DNA from: an uncultured virus (IMG/VR IMGVR_UViG_3300027963_000003)
Taxonomy: Duplodnaviria; Heunggongvirae; Uroviricota; Caudoviricetes
DNA length: 64,000 nucleotides
Strand: one strand, 5' to 3'
IMG/VR virus record: IMGVR_UViG_3300027963_000003
The position numbers and the translations under genes are program-made. The notes under the pieces were generated by a model. That model worked only from the letters and a program-made list of their open reading frames with translations, did not search any database and had not been told where the DNA came from. Positions 1 through 8,600 of this stretch are shown here, piece after piece. Within the stretch, counting starts at the first letter, position 1. Each line of letters opens with the position of its first letter.

Positions 1-911
1 TTAACCGGGATTTTAGCTTGCCCGTCCCTGTATGCGTCACCACGCTCAAGACCAGTTCCCAAACGATTAAGTTGCATAAGAGCCTCGGTGTACTTGTCTT
101 CGTAGTATTTAACCAAATCTTGCTCACCCTTCATAAATAGCATTGCCTCACGCATAGCGCCGTAGAATAAAACTGGGTCGTAGTTATCGCCAAGCCAGCT
201 TGTGCCAGCAGCGTTGTTAACAGAGTTTACCGTTACAGAGAAACCAGAACCTGTGCCACCAATATAGGAAGAAGCCGCAGTAAGACTGTCATTAGCAGCG
301 TAGAACTGACCGCCGTTGTTAATAGTTACAGTAGTAACGGTATTACCAGCAACAGTAACGGTAGCTGTAGCTCCAGAACCTTGACCACCTGTTAGTGGTA
401 TGTTGGGGTATACGCCATTGGTATAAGAAGAACCCCCAGTAGGCGTGTTGTAGCTAGAAATAGCTCCTTGCACAATAGAAATTGGGTAGTAAAAATAGTG
501 CAGTTCTACACTGTAAGCAGAGTCAGGGGTAGGACCAACAATAAAAGACAGCTCGTTAGCATTATTATATTGAGCACCAAATAGTGCGTAATATTTAGGC
601 AGCCCAGTATCTGTTGGGGTTGGGTATGCCTCACGAATAAAGTTAACGTCTTTGTTAAGCAAGTATTTGTACGAAGTGTCGGTATCAATAACTGCCATAG
701 AAAACGTAGACAAATAATCGTTAGGGCACGACAAATACTTATTGCTAGCCGTAAACGTACCTGTTACGTTCTTACGTAACGAAGGGATTTGAACTGAGTT
801 GTATATACGTTCTTCGGCTTCTTGAACAAAAGTTGATATGTTAGATACAAATAGCGACTCTGTATTCTCAGAATAATCCTGTATTGCTTGGTACAGTTGT
901 ACGTAGTTCAT
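1..911 (-). CDS. Putative head-tail adaptor/tail tubular-type virion protein, C-terminus runs off the window
   Basis: Read manually: ATG at 911, MNYVQLYQAIQDYSENTESLFVSNISTFVQEAEERIYN...SWLGDNYDPVLFYGAMREA...; open to position 1; lies in the structural operon. Confidence 0.6.
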   Translation of the reverse strand, partial: MNYVQLYQAIQDYSENTESLFVSNISTFVQEAEERIYNSVQIPSLRKNVTGTFTASNKYLSCPNDYLSTFSMAVIDTDTSYKYLLNKDVNFIREAYPTPTDTGLPKYYALFGAQYNNANELSFIVGPTPDSAYSVELHYFYYPISIVQGAISSYNTPTGGSSYTNGVYPNIPLTGGQGSGATATVTVAGNTVTTVTINNGGQFYAANDSLTAASSYIGGTGSGFSVTVNSVNNAAGTSWLGDNYDPVLFYGAMREAMLFMKGEQDLVKYYEDKYTEALMQLNRLGTGLERGDAYRDGQAKIPV

Positions 912-925
912 TCGGGTTTACCCTA

Positions 926-1207
926 CTAAGCCATTGGCCCACGAGACATTGTGCCTTTAGTGGCGCAACCTGTACCACGCATTTTCATGCCAGAAGTCTT
1001 AATGGGTTCGTTACCAGCAGACTTGCTAATGTGTCCAACAGACATATCAACCGTATCAGCTTTGCTGCGATTAGGCGGGTAGCCGGGGTTTGTACCAAAT
1101 TCTACAGGAGCCTGAGTCATCTTTTTACCTGACATATCGTGTGGCTCGGCATAAACTTCGGCATTACCAACTTCTTTACCCATTATTTTTTGCGAAAATT
1201 TAACCAT
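926..1207 (-). CDS. Small basic virion-operon hypothetical protein
   Basis: 93 aa ORF; C-terminal RGTGCATKG motif resembles neighbouring small proteins. Confidence 0.7.
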   Translation of the reverse strand: MVKFSQKIMGKEVGNAEVYAEPHDMSGKKMTQAPVEFGTNPGYPPNRSKADTVDMSVGHISKSAGNEPIKTSGMKMRGTGCATKGTMSRGPMA

Positions 1208-1209
1208 GA

Positions 1210-1392
1210 TTAACGTCCTCTTTGATTAGCACAACGAGCCATATTACGACCCATAGATTTGTAGTTCTTATTTAAAGAACTTTTGCTGGCTTTTGGGCCT
1301 TTATCAACGACTTTTTTGCCATCATTAGGAAACACTTCAACTTGTGTTTTCCCTTTGCTAGCTACGCCATCTGCATCTTTTTTGTATCCCAT
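1210..1392 (-). CDS. Small Lys-rich hypothetical protein
   Basis: 60 aa; AGGAG RBS upstream; ADGVASKGKT motif. Confidence 0.7.
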   Translation of the reverse strand: MGYKKDADGVASKGKTQVEVFPNDGKKVVDKGPKASKSSLNKNYKSMGRNMARCANQRGR

Positions 1393-1401
1393 GACTTACT
1401 C

Positions 1402-1788
1402 CTAAGTTGATATTGTTACTGTACCTACCTGCCCTAATGCTACTAGGTAGTTAGGCGTTAAAACTGCGTCAAAACTACTTGCCCCACCCACTGGTGCCCA
1501 ACCCCACTGAAACACCCTACTGCCTCCAGATATGTTGCCTAACTCATCCAAGCCCGAAGCATAGTAACTTATGTCAGGTCGTGGCTCCCGTACAGCTTGT
1601 GGGTCACTAACCGGGTACATACCTAACTGCAACTGCGGCTGGTCTGGATCCCAACATGTGGGGCATACCTTAATATTATATATCTTTGTCTTAAGTACTT
1701 GTTTCTGTAACTCTTTTAACTTATAACGTTGTCCGCATCTATCGCACTCGGCGATGGAAAACTTACCCGAAGAATATTTACTAGGCAT
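1402..1788 (-). CDS. Hypothetical protein with CxxC...CxxC zinc-ribbon
   Basis: CDRCG...CPTCWD in 128 aa ORF, tightly packed in operon. Confidence 0.7.
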   Translation of the reverse strand: MPSKYSSGKFSIAECDRCGQRYKLKELQKQVLKTKIYNIKVCPTCWDPDQPQLQLGMYPVSDPQAVREPRPDISYYASGLDELGNISGGSRVFQWGWAPVGGASSFDAVLTPNYLVALGQVGTVTIST

Positions 1789-1796
1789 AGCTTACC

Positions 1797-2714
1797 TTAA
1801 TAAAACAACTGTCTTGGTACGTATCTATCTGAAGCTTTTTCTCTATCCTCTTGTGAAGCCAATAGCCATTGCTGTTCGTATTCAGACTTTAAAAACAACA
1901 CTCTTTCGGGGGCAACTTCTGGTTTTTTAGCCGCAATCATAAACGCCAAACCAGCCACCAAACACGTAATAAAACGGAAAGGAATGTCTTGTACATTTAC
2001 ACCACTACCAGCATCTTGCATACGACGTAGTCGCCAGTAAACAAAAGTATAGGGACCACCGCCATCACCTGTAGGCCATACGTTAATATTAGGCAGGTTC
2101 TGAATGGATACCGCTGCACCAGTTGTATGAGATGCTGCAGTTGTGTACGCTTGACCACGGAAGCAGTTGAGCAGTTGATTTCCAGATACGTTTTGGTAGC
2201 TAATTATCTCAGAGTCAATTTTAATAAACCCTGTTGTCGCTAAACCGACTGTAGAACTAAGAGTAATAGTAGTGTCGGTGGCGGTGATTGTTCCGTTTAG
2301 CGTAACACTAGAGGTATTAGTTTGGCCTGATTGACGGTTAATCCAGACCTGAATAGGACGCCCGTTTGCATTCTTAGTTGGTATAGTAGAGTAAGTTGAT
2401 TCAGAAATACGGGTGATGTTAATATCTATTTGGTTTTGATCGGTGCCAGTACGGATAACGTGGTCTAACAAATCAATAGTATCATTAGGCAAAGCGTAAA
2501 TAGCCTGCCCAGTGTTGATAGTAATTTGGCCTTGTTCAATAGTCCATAAGTTGATGCCACGGTTAGCCCATTCAATTGTTAAAAGATTTAAAGACCTACG
2601 GGCAGTACGCATATCATAACCCGAACGTAATTCTAAACCGGCGCGTTCATACGCTTCCTCAATTAACTCTGAGAGGTCTAGATTAAAAGCAGTTAAGCCC
2701 GAAGTATTTGCCAT
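1797..2714 (-). CDS. Putative head-tail adaptor (tail tubular protein A-like) with inserted beta-rich module
   Basis: ELIEEAYERAG...ARRSLNLL..EWANRGINLW pattern typical of adaptor proteins; internal Thr-rich insert. Confidence 0.6.
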   Translation of the reverse strand: MANTSGLTAFNLDLSELIEEAYERAGLELRSGYDMRTARRSLNLLTIEWANRGINLWTIEQGQITINTGQAIYALPNDTIDLLDHVIRTGTDQNQIDINITRISESTYSTIPTKNANGRPIQVWINRQSGQTNTSSVTLNGTITATDTTITLSSTVGLATTGFIKIDSEIISYQNVSGNQLLNCFRGQAYTTAASHTTGAAVSIQNLPNINVWPTGDGGGPYTFVYWRLRRMQDAGSGVNVQDIPFRFITCLVAGLAFMIAAKKPEVAPERVLFLKSEYEQQWLLASQEDREKASDRYVPRQLFY

Positions 2715-2965
2715 TACTTAATCTTCCGATACGGTTTTACTTTTGCTTTTACCTTTTGCGGCTGCGGCACGAACTGCTGCCCCTGTGCTTTTCCTGCTCG
2801 CTTTGCTTTTGTCGTTGCTGCGTACTCCTGCGGGCTTAACGCTTGTATTGCTTTTTTTGGCAGGTACCGCTCGCCTGTTTCGGACGACTTCTTCCCTGAC
2901 TTGGTCGTCCACTTTTGTTCGCCCCAAGCCTTTAAAGAACGTTGCGACTTTGCCAATCCACTCAT
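2714..2965 (-). CDS. DUF5872-like protein, C-terminal half
   Basis: QRSLKAWGEQKWTTKSGK...ERYLPKKA motif. Confidence 0.55.
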   Translation of the reverse strand: MSGLAKSQRSLKAWGEQKWTTKSGKKSSETGERYLPKKAIQALSPQEYAATTKAKRAGKAQGQQFVPQPQKVKAKVKPYRKIK

Positions 2966-3369
2966 TTATATCCACCGCCAGCCGCCTTATATTTTTTAGC
3001 TACTAGTTGCGCTTTACGAGCCGACCACTGACCTGCGCCAGTACCATGTGTTGCAGCAGATTTAACTTCAGATACGATACGCTTACGAAGGCTAGGTTTT
3101 GTATAGTTACCAGCCTCATTAACTTTACCGCCCTCCGCATACATATCAGCCGCCGTTAACGAACCCGGCTTAGCTAATAGCTTCTTTGCCATAGCGGAAG
3201 CTGTGCCCCCTTTAGTGACAGTTACAGACTTACCAATGCTTTTACCCATACCAGTTACTTTTCCGCCTTTAGCGTACTGGGTAAAATCAGTATTGTCTTT
3301 ACGAGGCTTTTTAACCCCTTTAGGCATTTTAGATGGATTGATATCACCCATTCCACGAGAGGCTTTCAT
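2962..3369 (-). CDS. Basic protein with GG motifs and DUF5872-like N-terminal half
   Basis: YTKPSLRKRI...GQWSARKAQLVAKKYKAAGGGY; YAKGGKV and YAEGGKV motifs. Confidence 0.6.
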   Translation of the reverse strand: MKASRGMGDINPSKMPKGVKKPRKDNTDFTQYAKGGKVTGMGKSIGKSVTVTKGGTASAMAKKLLAKPGSLTAADMYAEGGKVNEAGNYTKPSLRKRIVSEVKSAATHGTGAGQWSARKAQLVAKKYKAAGGGYK

Positions 3370-3647
3370 TAAACCATCCGTCCTTTAGTCTTACCTTTAA
3401 CAGCACAGCCGTCAGCACGAGAAGAAGCAGAAGAAACTTTACCACCAGACTTCATACCAAGCATTTTTAAACCTTTACTTATAATGCCCGTTTGTTTATC
3501 TTTGGTGCTAGATTCTTTATCCTTAGCCTTCATTTCTTCTTGGCGTTTTTTAAGATCGGCTTCATAATTAGCATAACCCTTCTGAGTTTCTGTAGTTACA
3601 GGGTCAGATACAGTGCCGTCGTCGTTTTGCTGAGCTTTAGTAGCCAT
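3369..3647 (-). CDS. Small basic hypothetical protein (GG motif family)
   Basis: MKSGGKVSSASSRADGCAVKGKTKG. Confidence 0.7.
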   Translation of the reverse strand: MATKAQQNDDGTVSDPVTTETQKGYANYEADLKKRQEEMKAKDKESSTKDKQTGIISKGLKMLGMKSGGKVSSASSRADGCAVKGKTKGRMV

Positions 3648-3650
3648 AAT

Positions 3651-4079
3651 TTAGCAAGCTCCGCCAGATCTCATAGAGATCATAGTGCCTTTAGTTTTAC
3701 CTTTAGTAGCGCAGCCATCAGCACGAGAAGAAGCAGAACCACCCCCAGCCATTTTGTGCATACGGCCCTCATGACCTTTAACAGCCTTATCGGCTACTTT
3801 TTTCATCATTGGCATGTCTTTTGCAACATCAGAATGAGCGGTGCCGCCCTTTTTCATAAAACCCATTTTATTGCGTACAGCTGTAGGTAGCTTAGCTACA
3901 CCTGGGTTCTTTTTCATATCTACTGGTTTCATAGTTCCACCTTCTTTAAATGTTTTGCCTTTGTCGGCAGCGTTAAATTCTTTTGCTACGTTTTGTGAAA
4001 TACCCGCCTTCTTAGCAAATGCAGGGTTGTGAGCTGCAGCTGCCATAAAGTTGTGCTGCTTTTTACTTGTTGACGGCAT
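3651..4079 (-). CDS. Small basic hypothetical protein (GG motif family)
   Basis: Four [MF]xxGG motifs; SASSRADGCATKGKTKG shared with the adjacent ORF. Confidence 0.7.
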   Translation of the reverse strand: MPSTSKKQHNFMAAAAHNPAFAKKAGISQNVAKEFNAADKGKTFKEGGTMKPVDMKKNPGVAKLPTAVRNKMGFMKKGGTAHSDVAKDMPMMKKVADKAVKGHEGRMHKMAGGGSASSRADGCATKGKTKGTMISMRSGGAC

Positions 4080-4263
4080 CTTTTTTACCTAACCAGCGCT
4101 GTACAGTCTTAGTTTCATAAATGCGGATAGCCGTCCAGACTATAGTAAAAATAGCGGCAATAGCGGGCAACATATCTGCAAGAGTTCCTAGTACGGTTAC
4201 AACAGAAGCAAAATCAATAATTTGTTTGCTTGCTTCATCCATGTTCATAAATGGGTCTTTCAT
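4063..4263 (-). CDS. Small membrane protein (possible holin-like)
   Basis: 66 aa with hydrophobic segment(s) and basic C-terminus. Confidence 0.5.
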   Translation of the reverse strand: MKDPFMNMDEASKQIIDFASVVTVLGTLADMLPAIAAIFTIVWTAIRIYETKTVQRWLGKKDAVNK

Positions 4264-4264
4264 A

Positions 4265-4519
4265 TTAGCATTTCCAAGCTCTTAAAGATTTGTTAATACG
4301 GCTATCAGGATCTTTGGCTGTTTTGGCACTTGTTAATTTCTTTTTCATACCTTCCATTCTGGCACAAAAAGATTTCTTGCGACTTCCACCTTCGGGCTGT
4401 GGTGCTTTCAACCCCGGTTTCCCGGGATTCGCCTTGTTGTAAGATGCTCGGCCTTTGGCATTCAATCCACCATTCGGATTCTTGCCTTCTTTGCGGGTCC
4501 ATGCGGGAGTCTTTGCCAT
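4265..4519 (-). CDS. Basic hypothetical protein (DUF6321-like)
   Basis: KNPNGGLNAKGRASYN...RKKSFCARM...SLRAWKC pattern. Confidence 0.55.
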   Translation of the reverse strand: MAKTPAWTRKEGKNPNGGLNAKGRASYNKANPGKPGLKAPQPEGGSRKKSFCARMEGMKKKLTSAKTAKDPDSRINKSLRAWKC

Positions 4520-4522
4520 ACA

Positions 4523-7500
4523 TTAAGCCTGTGCTTCTTTCCAAGACAAACGAGCATTCACTGTAACAGCAGTTGCTGTTAAAGGAGTTACGCAAACATA
4601 CAAAATGTCTGGACCGTCTGGGTAAAAACCTGCTTGTGTAATTGGTAGTGTATTAGTTGTACCACCACCTAATATTGAGTTACCTAAGTCACGAACACCA
4701 GATAAGTCTAACGTGGTTTGACCGTTTGTATTAGTAAACGCAGCCGCCACAGATTCGCCATTAACCACAGTTACGGTGTTGGTTATATTTGGTGCAACTT
4801 GACATAGCGAAGATGTAAACGCACCAGTAGCTGTGGTAGTAGGAGAAGTAAAACCACCACTATACGTTCCCGTTGTAATACCATTTAATACCAAGTTAAC
4901 TAACAGTGGTCCTGTTGCATAAATACCTAACTCGACTAACTCTAACTGCATACGGTTGATAGTTTCTTTAACACCAAGCAAGCCTATTAAACCATTATCT
5001 ACAGATGGAGCAACCCGAATAGCAAGTATAGGAGTCAGCTGCGTGATTGATGTAGTGGTTGTTAAAGGTGTTGAACCGTAGTTAAAAATCAATGATTTAT
5101 CATCATTAAATAGTCCATCCATAATTGCAGACGAACCCCAATGGGATAAAGCTGGCACAGTTGCTGGTGCAACAAACTCTACCGCAGTTCTTACGTCACC
5201 GTTTGCAAAAACCTGTGCAGTTGCTTGACCTCCAGTAGCTGCTCTGGTTAATCCCCAAATAATGCCAGAAGAAGTAATGTTGGTGTAATTGATATACTCA
5301 ATGTTACCGTTTGCCTCTGCCACTTCAACAGTTAAAGTTCCAGACGCTTGAGTTGGTGTTGGGAATCCTGCGGTGCTTGCAACAGTCAAAGATGACGGTG
5401 AAATAGATGCACCAGAAGCTTGGTCGTCAGCTCTTGTATTACCAAACCCACGAACACAGTTTAATAAATTACCTGCGCCAGAGGCTGTTGATGTGCTTCC
5501 GTAGAAAATATATTCAGTAGGCGAGCCTATTGATGCAACGCCACCGCTTTGATTAAATCTTGAAGTTTGATTTACTGGAATAGTGGTTTGTACGCCTGTT
5601 ATATCTGCCGTGATAGTAGTTGAAGCAGAACTTAACGGAGCCGTTAAAAAGCTAGTCGGTGGAATACCAGATACTTCATAGTGGGCAGCCATGTTACCAG
5701 AACGCATATAGGCTTCAAACTGTCTATTGTTGTTCTGTATTTGGTGTACATAGGTAATTAAACCGTTTGTTCCACGGACGCCATAACGAATAAATCCAGC
5801 ACCGTACCAAGAGTAGTCGATGTACCACATCTGCATACGGGTTAGGTCAATGTTGTACCCAGAAGGACCTGTGCCATCAATCCTATCAATATTAAATTGA
5901 GACTGTGGAATACGCACATCAATGGTTTGAGAAACTATTGCGTTGCCAATAGTAGTGCCACGATACTCTGGGCTAATAGACAATGACGTATCAGAAACAA
6001 TTTGTACTATACGATACGATTGACCACGAATAACAATAAACTGACCTGGTTGAAACTGAGTTAAAAATGCTGTTCCATTTCCAGATACAGTATCAGAACC
6101 GTTAGTTACAGAAACAGTACCACTAGCTTGATTGATACTATTGCGCAGCACAGCATATAAGGTTGCGCCATCATATTCAAAGAACATACCGTTTTGTTGG
6201 TCAAACATACCAATACGACTATTAGCACCGAACCAAGTTAATGGAACAACACGGAATGCTCCAGTAGCAGTAACAGAAGTGGTTGTGGTAATTGTGTAAC
6301 TAAATACAGTGGGTGAAGCTACTGAAGCAACGCTATACGTGCCGTTAAAAAAACCTTGATTAACTCCTGAAACTTGAATGCTTGCCCCAACAGCTAAATT
6401 GTGGTTAAAACGACAAGTTACTGTAACCGTTCCAGATACGTTAACAATAGATGTAACAAACAATGCTGGCTTTAAACAGGATCCAGTAGAAAACTGCAGA
6501 CCTTTACCAGATTGATAGCGGAAATAACGTCTTGTTTGACGAATTACTTGTTGATTTGGAACAGATGCGCCTGATGAAAATGCTACGCCGCCGTCAAAAG
6601 AACGTGGCTCAACGTAACCAGCAGGGCGAGCAAATATGGTAGTGTTATTTGCCGTATTACCAATTTGTGATGTAAAGGTTAATCCAGTATTGTTGTTTGC
6701 AGCGGCAGTTAAACCACTTAATGCAGTTCCATTAAGTTGCGTTAAAGTAAATGTTGTAGTTCCGTTTGTTACAGAGATACGATAATTACCAGCAACTAAA
6801 CCTGAACCACCAGTATTTGTTCCTGTTACGGCAACTACCTGACCTACAACCATAGTTCCTGAAGTTAAAGCAGTAACGCTAAATGCACCAACTGCACTAA
6901 CCGTTGTAATTGCAGATCCGGCAGGGAATACTGCAAAAACGGGTGTGCCGTTTGCATTTGTATAAGTAAAGGTGTTAAAAGTAGGAACGGTTTCAACAAT
7001 TTGCGCTCCGTTTACTGTTGTTGCATCCGTTGGTCCCACTGTACTAGTAACATAAATGTAACTGCCTTTATTTAGACCATGTGCGCCTGTAGTTGTTACA
7101 GTAACTGTAGACCCAGAATTAGTAAGTGCATTTTGAACTGCTAATGGAATACCACAGTTAGAATAAAAATAACCAATGTATACATATGTTGATGTAGCAG
7201 AAAACTGATTACCAGAAGTTGCCGTTGCTGTTGTAATAGTATAAGAAACACTTACACCAGCATTTATTGCGGATACTAACCACCAACCGTTAATCAATGG
7301 GTCTAAAGAATTTTGAACGTAAATTGGTGTTCCAACTGAGAAAGCAGTTGTATTAGTTAGGCTAACTACAACGGTTTTAGTTGCATTAGTAGTTATTGTG
7401 CTAGTAGTAAGAGCTTGCTGTGGAATGTAATAAACGCTTTGGCGGTTATTTTGAAGAGCAATTGTTTCCCATTTGGTAGGCTGAGTACCATATTCAAAGT

Positions 7501-7663
7501 CAGTATCAATCAGCGACTGAGGCGAAGAAATACGAAATTTACCAACAGGGTCTAGTGAAGAAGGCACGGGAGATACATAAGGCACCCCAGTACCAGAGTT
7601 TGAGCTACCACCAACGGGCAACGATTTATTTGACGCTGTGTCTACTACTGTCCATCCTGACAT
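4523..7663 (-). CDS. Large Thr/Ser-rich beta-structured virion protein (head fibre/decoration or tail-associated)
   Basis: 1046 aa; repeated VTVTT..HGL..G modules; two genes downstream of the capsid gene. Confidence 0.6.
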   Translation of the reverse strand: MSGWTVVDTASNKSLPVGGSSNSGTGVPYVSPVPSSLDPVGKFRISSPQSLIDTDFEYGTQPTKWETIALQNNRQSVYYIPQQALTTSTITTNATKTVVVSLTNTTAFSVGTPIYVQNSLDPLINGWWLVSAINAGVSVSYTITTATATSGNQFSATSTYVYIGYFYSNCGIPLAVQNALTNSGSTVTVTTTGAHGLNKGSYIYVTSTVGPTDATTVNGAQIVETVPTFNTFTYTNANGTPVFAVFPAGSAITTVSAVGAFSVTALTSGTMVVGQVVAVTGTNTGGSGLVAGNYRISVTNGTTTFTLTQLNGTALSGLTAAANNNTGLTFTSQIGNTANNTTIFARPAGYVEPRSFDGGVAFSSGASVPNQQVIRQTRRYFRYQSGKGLQFSTGSCLKPALFVTSIVNVSGTVTVTCRFNHNLAVGASIQVSGVNQGFFNGTYSVASVASPTVFSYTITTTTSVTATGAFRVVPLTWFGANSRIGMFDQQNGMFFEYDGATLYAVLRNSINQASGTVSVTNGSDTVSGNGTAFLTQFQPGQFIVIRGQSYRIVQIVSDTSLSISPEYRGTTIGNAIVSQTIDVRIPQSQFNIDRIDGTGPSGYNIDLTRMQMWYIDYSWYGAGFIRYGVRGTNGLITYVHQIQNNNRQFEAYMRSGNMAAHYEVSGIPPTSFLTAPLSSASTTITADITGVQTTIPVNQTSRFNQSGGVASIGSPTEYIFYGSTSTASGAGNLLNCVRGFGNTRADDQASGASISPSSLTVASTAGFPTPTQASGTLTVEVAEANGNIEYINYTNITSSGIIWGLTRAATGGQATAQVFANGDVRTAVEFVAPATVPALSHWGSSAIMDGLFNDDKSLIFNYGSTPLTTTTSITQLTPILAIRVAPSVDNGLIGLLGVKETINRMQLELVELGIYATGPLLVNLVLNGITTGTYSGGFTSPTTTATGAFTSSLCQVAPNITNTVTVVNGESVAAAFTNTNGQTTLDLSGVRDLGNSILGGGTTNTLPITQAGFYPDGPDILYVCVTPLTATAVTVNARLSWKEAQA

Positions 7664-7682
7664 AATATCTCCTTAAATTTTT

Positions 7683-7705
7683 AAAAAGGGGAGCCGAAAC
7701 TCCCC
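7683..7705 (-). terminator. Rho-independent terminator
   Basis: Minus strand GGGGAG-TTTCGG-CTCCCC-TTTTT. Confidence 0.75.
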
Positions 7706-7714
7706 ATCGGATTA

Positions 7715-8410
7715 TTAGTCAAAGTTACCAAATGGATAGGTAGTTGTAGTACCAATATTACCGTCAGGCTGGATATAACGCAGAGTAAAGTAATAAGTTC
7801 CACCAGTAATAGCTACGTTTGTACCGTTGATTGAGGCAATTGTAAATACAATTTGCGACAAGTTAGCTTGTCCGTTATCTTGAACAATGTCGGTAGAAGT
7901 GGCTTGTTGGTTGGCTAACTGAGTAGCAGTAAACGCATTAAATGACTGACGACCAACAGCTGGAGAAGTTAAAACACCAGTCTGAGCATAGGTACAAGTA
8001 CCAGCAGCGGCAATATAGTTATTACTTACGTTAACTTGAACAGAAGTCAAAGTACCACTGGTAAAAGTAGTAACTACGCCAATATCAACAAAAATATCAA
8101 CAATCTTGCTGCCAGCTGGAATATACATAACAGCGCCACGATATACGGTAGCTGAGTCTGCAGGAACAGTTGTAGCAGTTAATGTTGTTGATGCGGAATT
8201 AGGGGTGTAAACAGTGGCTTGGGCATTAGGAATGCCGTTTGATTTAACAAACACACCAGCAGAAGCGCCGCCATAACCAGCTGTATTTGCGGTTGTGGTA
8301 GCAATGTTCATGCCCACGCTTTGGGCTAAATCTGCGTAGCCTACGTTACGGAAAGGACCAAAACGCTGGTCGCCAGATAAAATTGGTCCTTCAAATGTAC
8401 TTCTTGCCAT
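7715..8410 (-). CDS. Putative capsid decoration/structural protein
   Basis: Start reassigned to MARSTFEGP (AAGGAG RBS upstream); beta-rich; follows the capsid gene. Confidence 0.6.
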   Translation of the reverse strand: MARSTFEGPILSGDQRFGPFRNVGYADLAQSVGMNIATTTANTAGYGGASAGVFVKSNGIPNAQATVYTPNSASTTLTATTVPADSATVYRGAVMYIPAGSKIVDIFVDIGVVTTFTSGTLTSVQVNVSNNYIAAAGTCTYAQTGVLTSPAVGRQSFNAFTATQLANQQATSTDIVQDNGQANLSQIVFTIASINGTNVAITGGTYYFTLRYIQPDGNIGTTTTYPFGNFD

Positions 8411-8419
8411 GATAGGCTC

Positions 8420-8495
8420 CTTATGCAAAAGAACTTATTCCAATCGTTGCATCGTCTGCTGGGGCAGTGGCGGAATAAGCAAATCACCCAGATGT
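8420..8495 (-). ncRNA. Candidate pseudoknotted RNA element downstream of the capsid gene (possibly the Mu-gpT-DE motif)
   Basis: Crossing pairings 8487-8491/8459-8463 and 8472-8479/8434-8441; position downstream of a gpT-like capsid gene. Confidence 0.4.
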
Positions 8496-8499
8496 TGTA

Positions 8500-8528
8500 T
8501 TTATACACCTTTTTTAGATAGTGTGCAA
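8500..8528 (-). promoter_or_regulatory. sigma70-type promoter
   Basis: Minus strand TTGCAC-17bp-TATAAA just past the capsid terminator. Confidence 0.5.
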
Positions 8529-8532
8529 GTAT

Positions 8533-8563
8533 AAAAAGCAAACCCCCGCTTTTTGGGCGGGGG
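8533..8563 (-). terminator. Rho-independent terminator after the major capsid gene
   Basis: CCCCCGC/GCGGGGG stem followed by TTTGCTTTTT on the minus strand. Confidence 0.75.
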
Positions 8564-8600
8564 CTGCGCCAAGTAGTTAAAACCGCTTGGGGGGTGTTAC

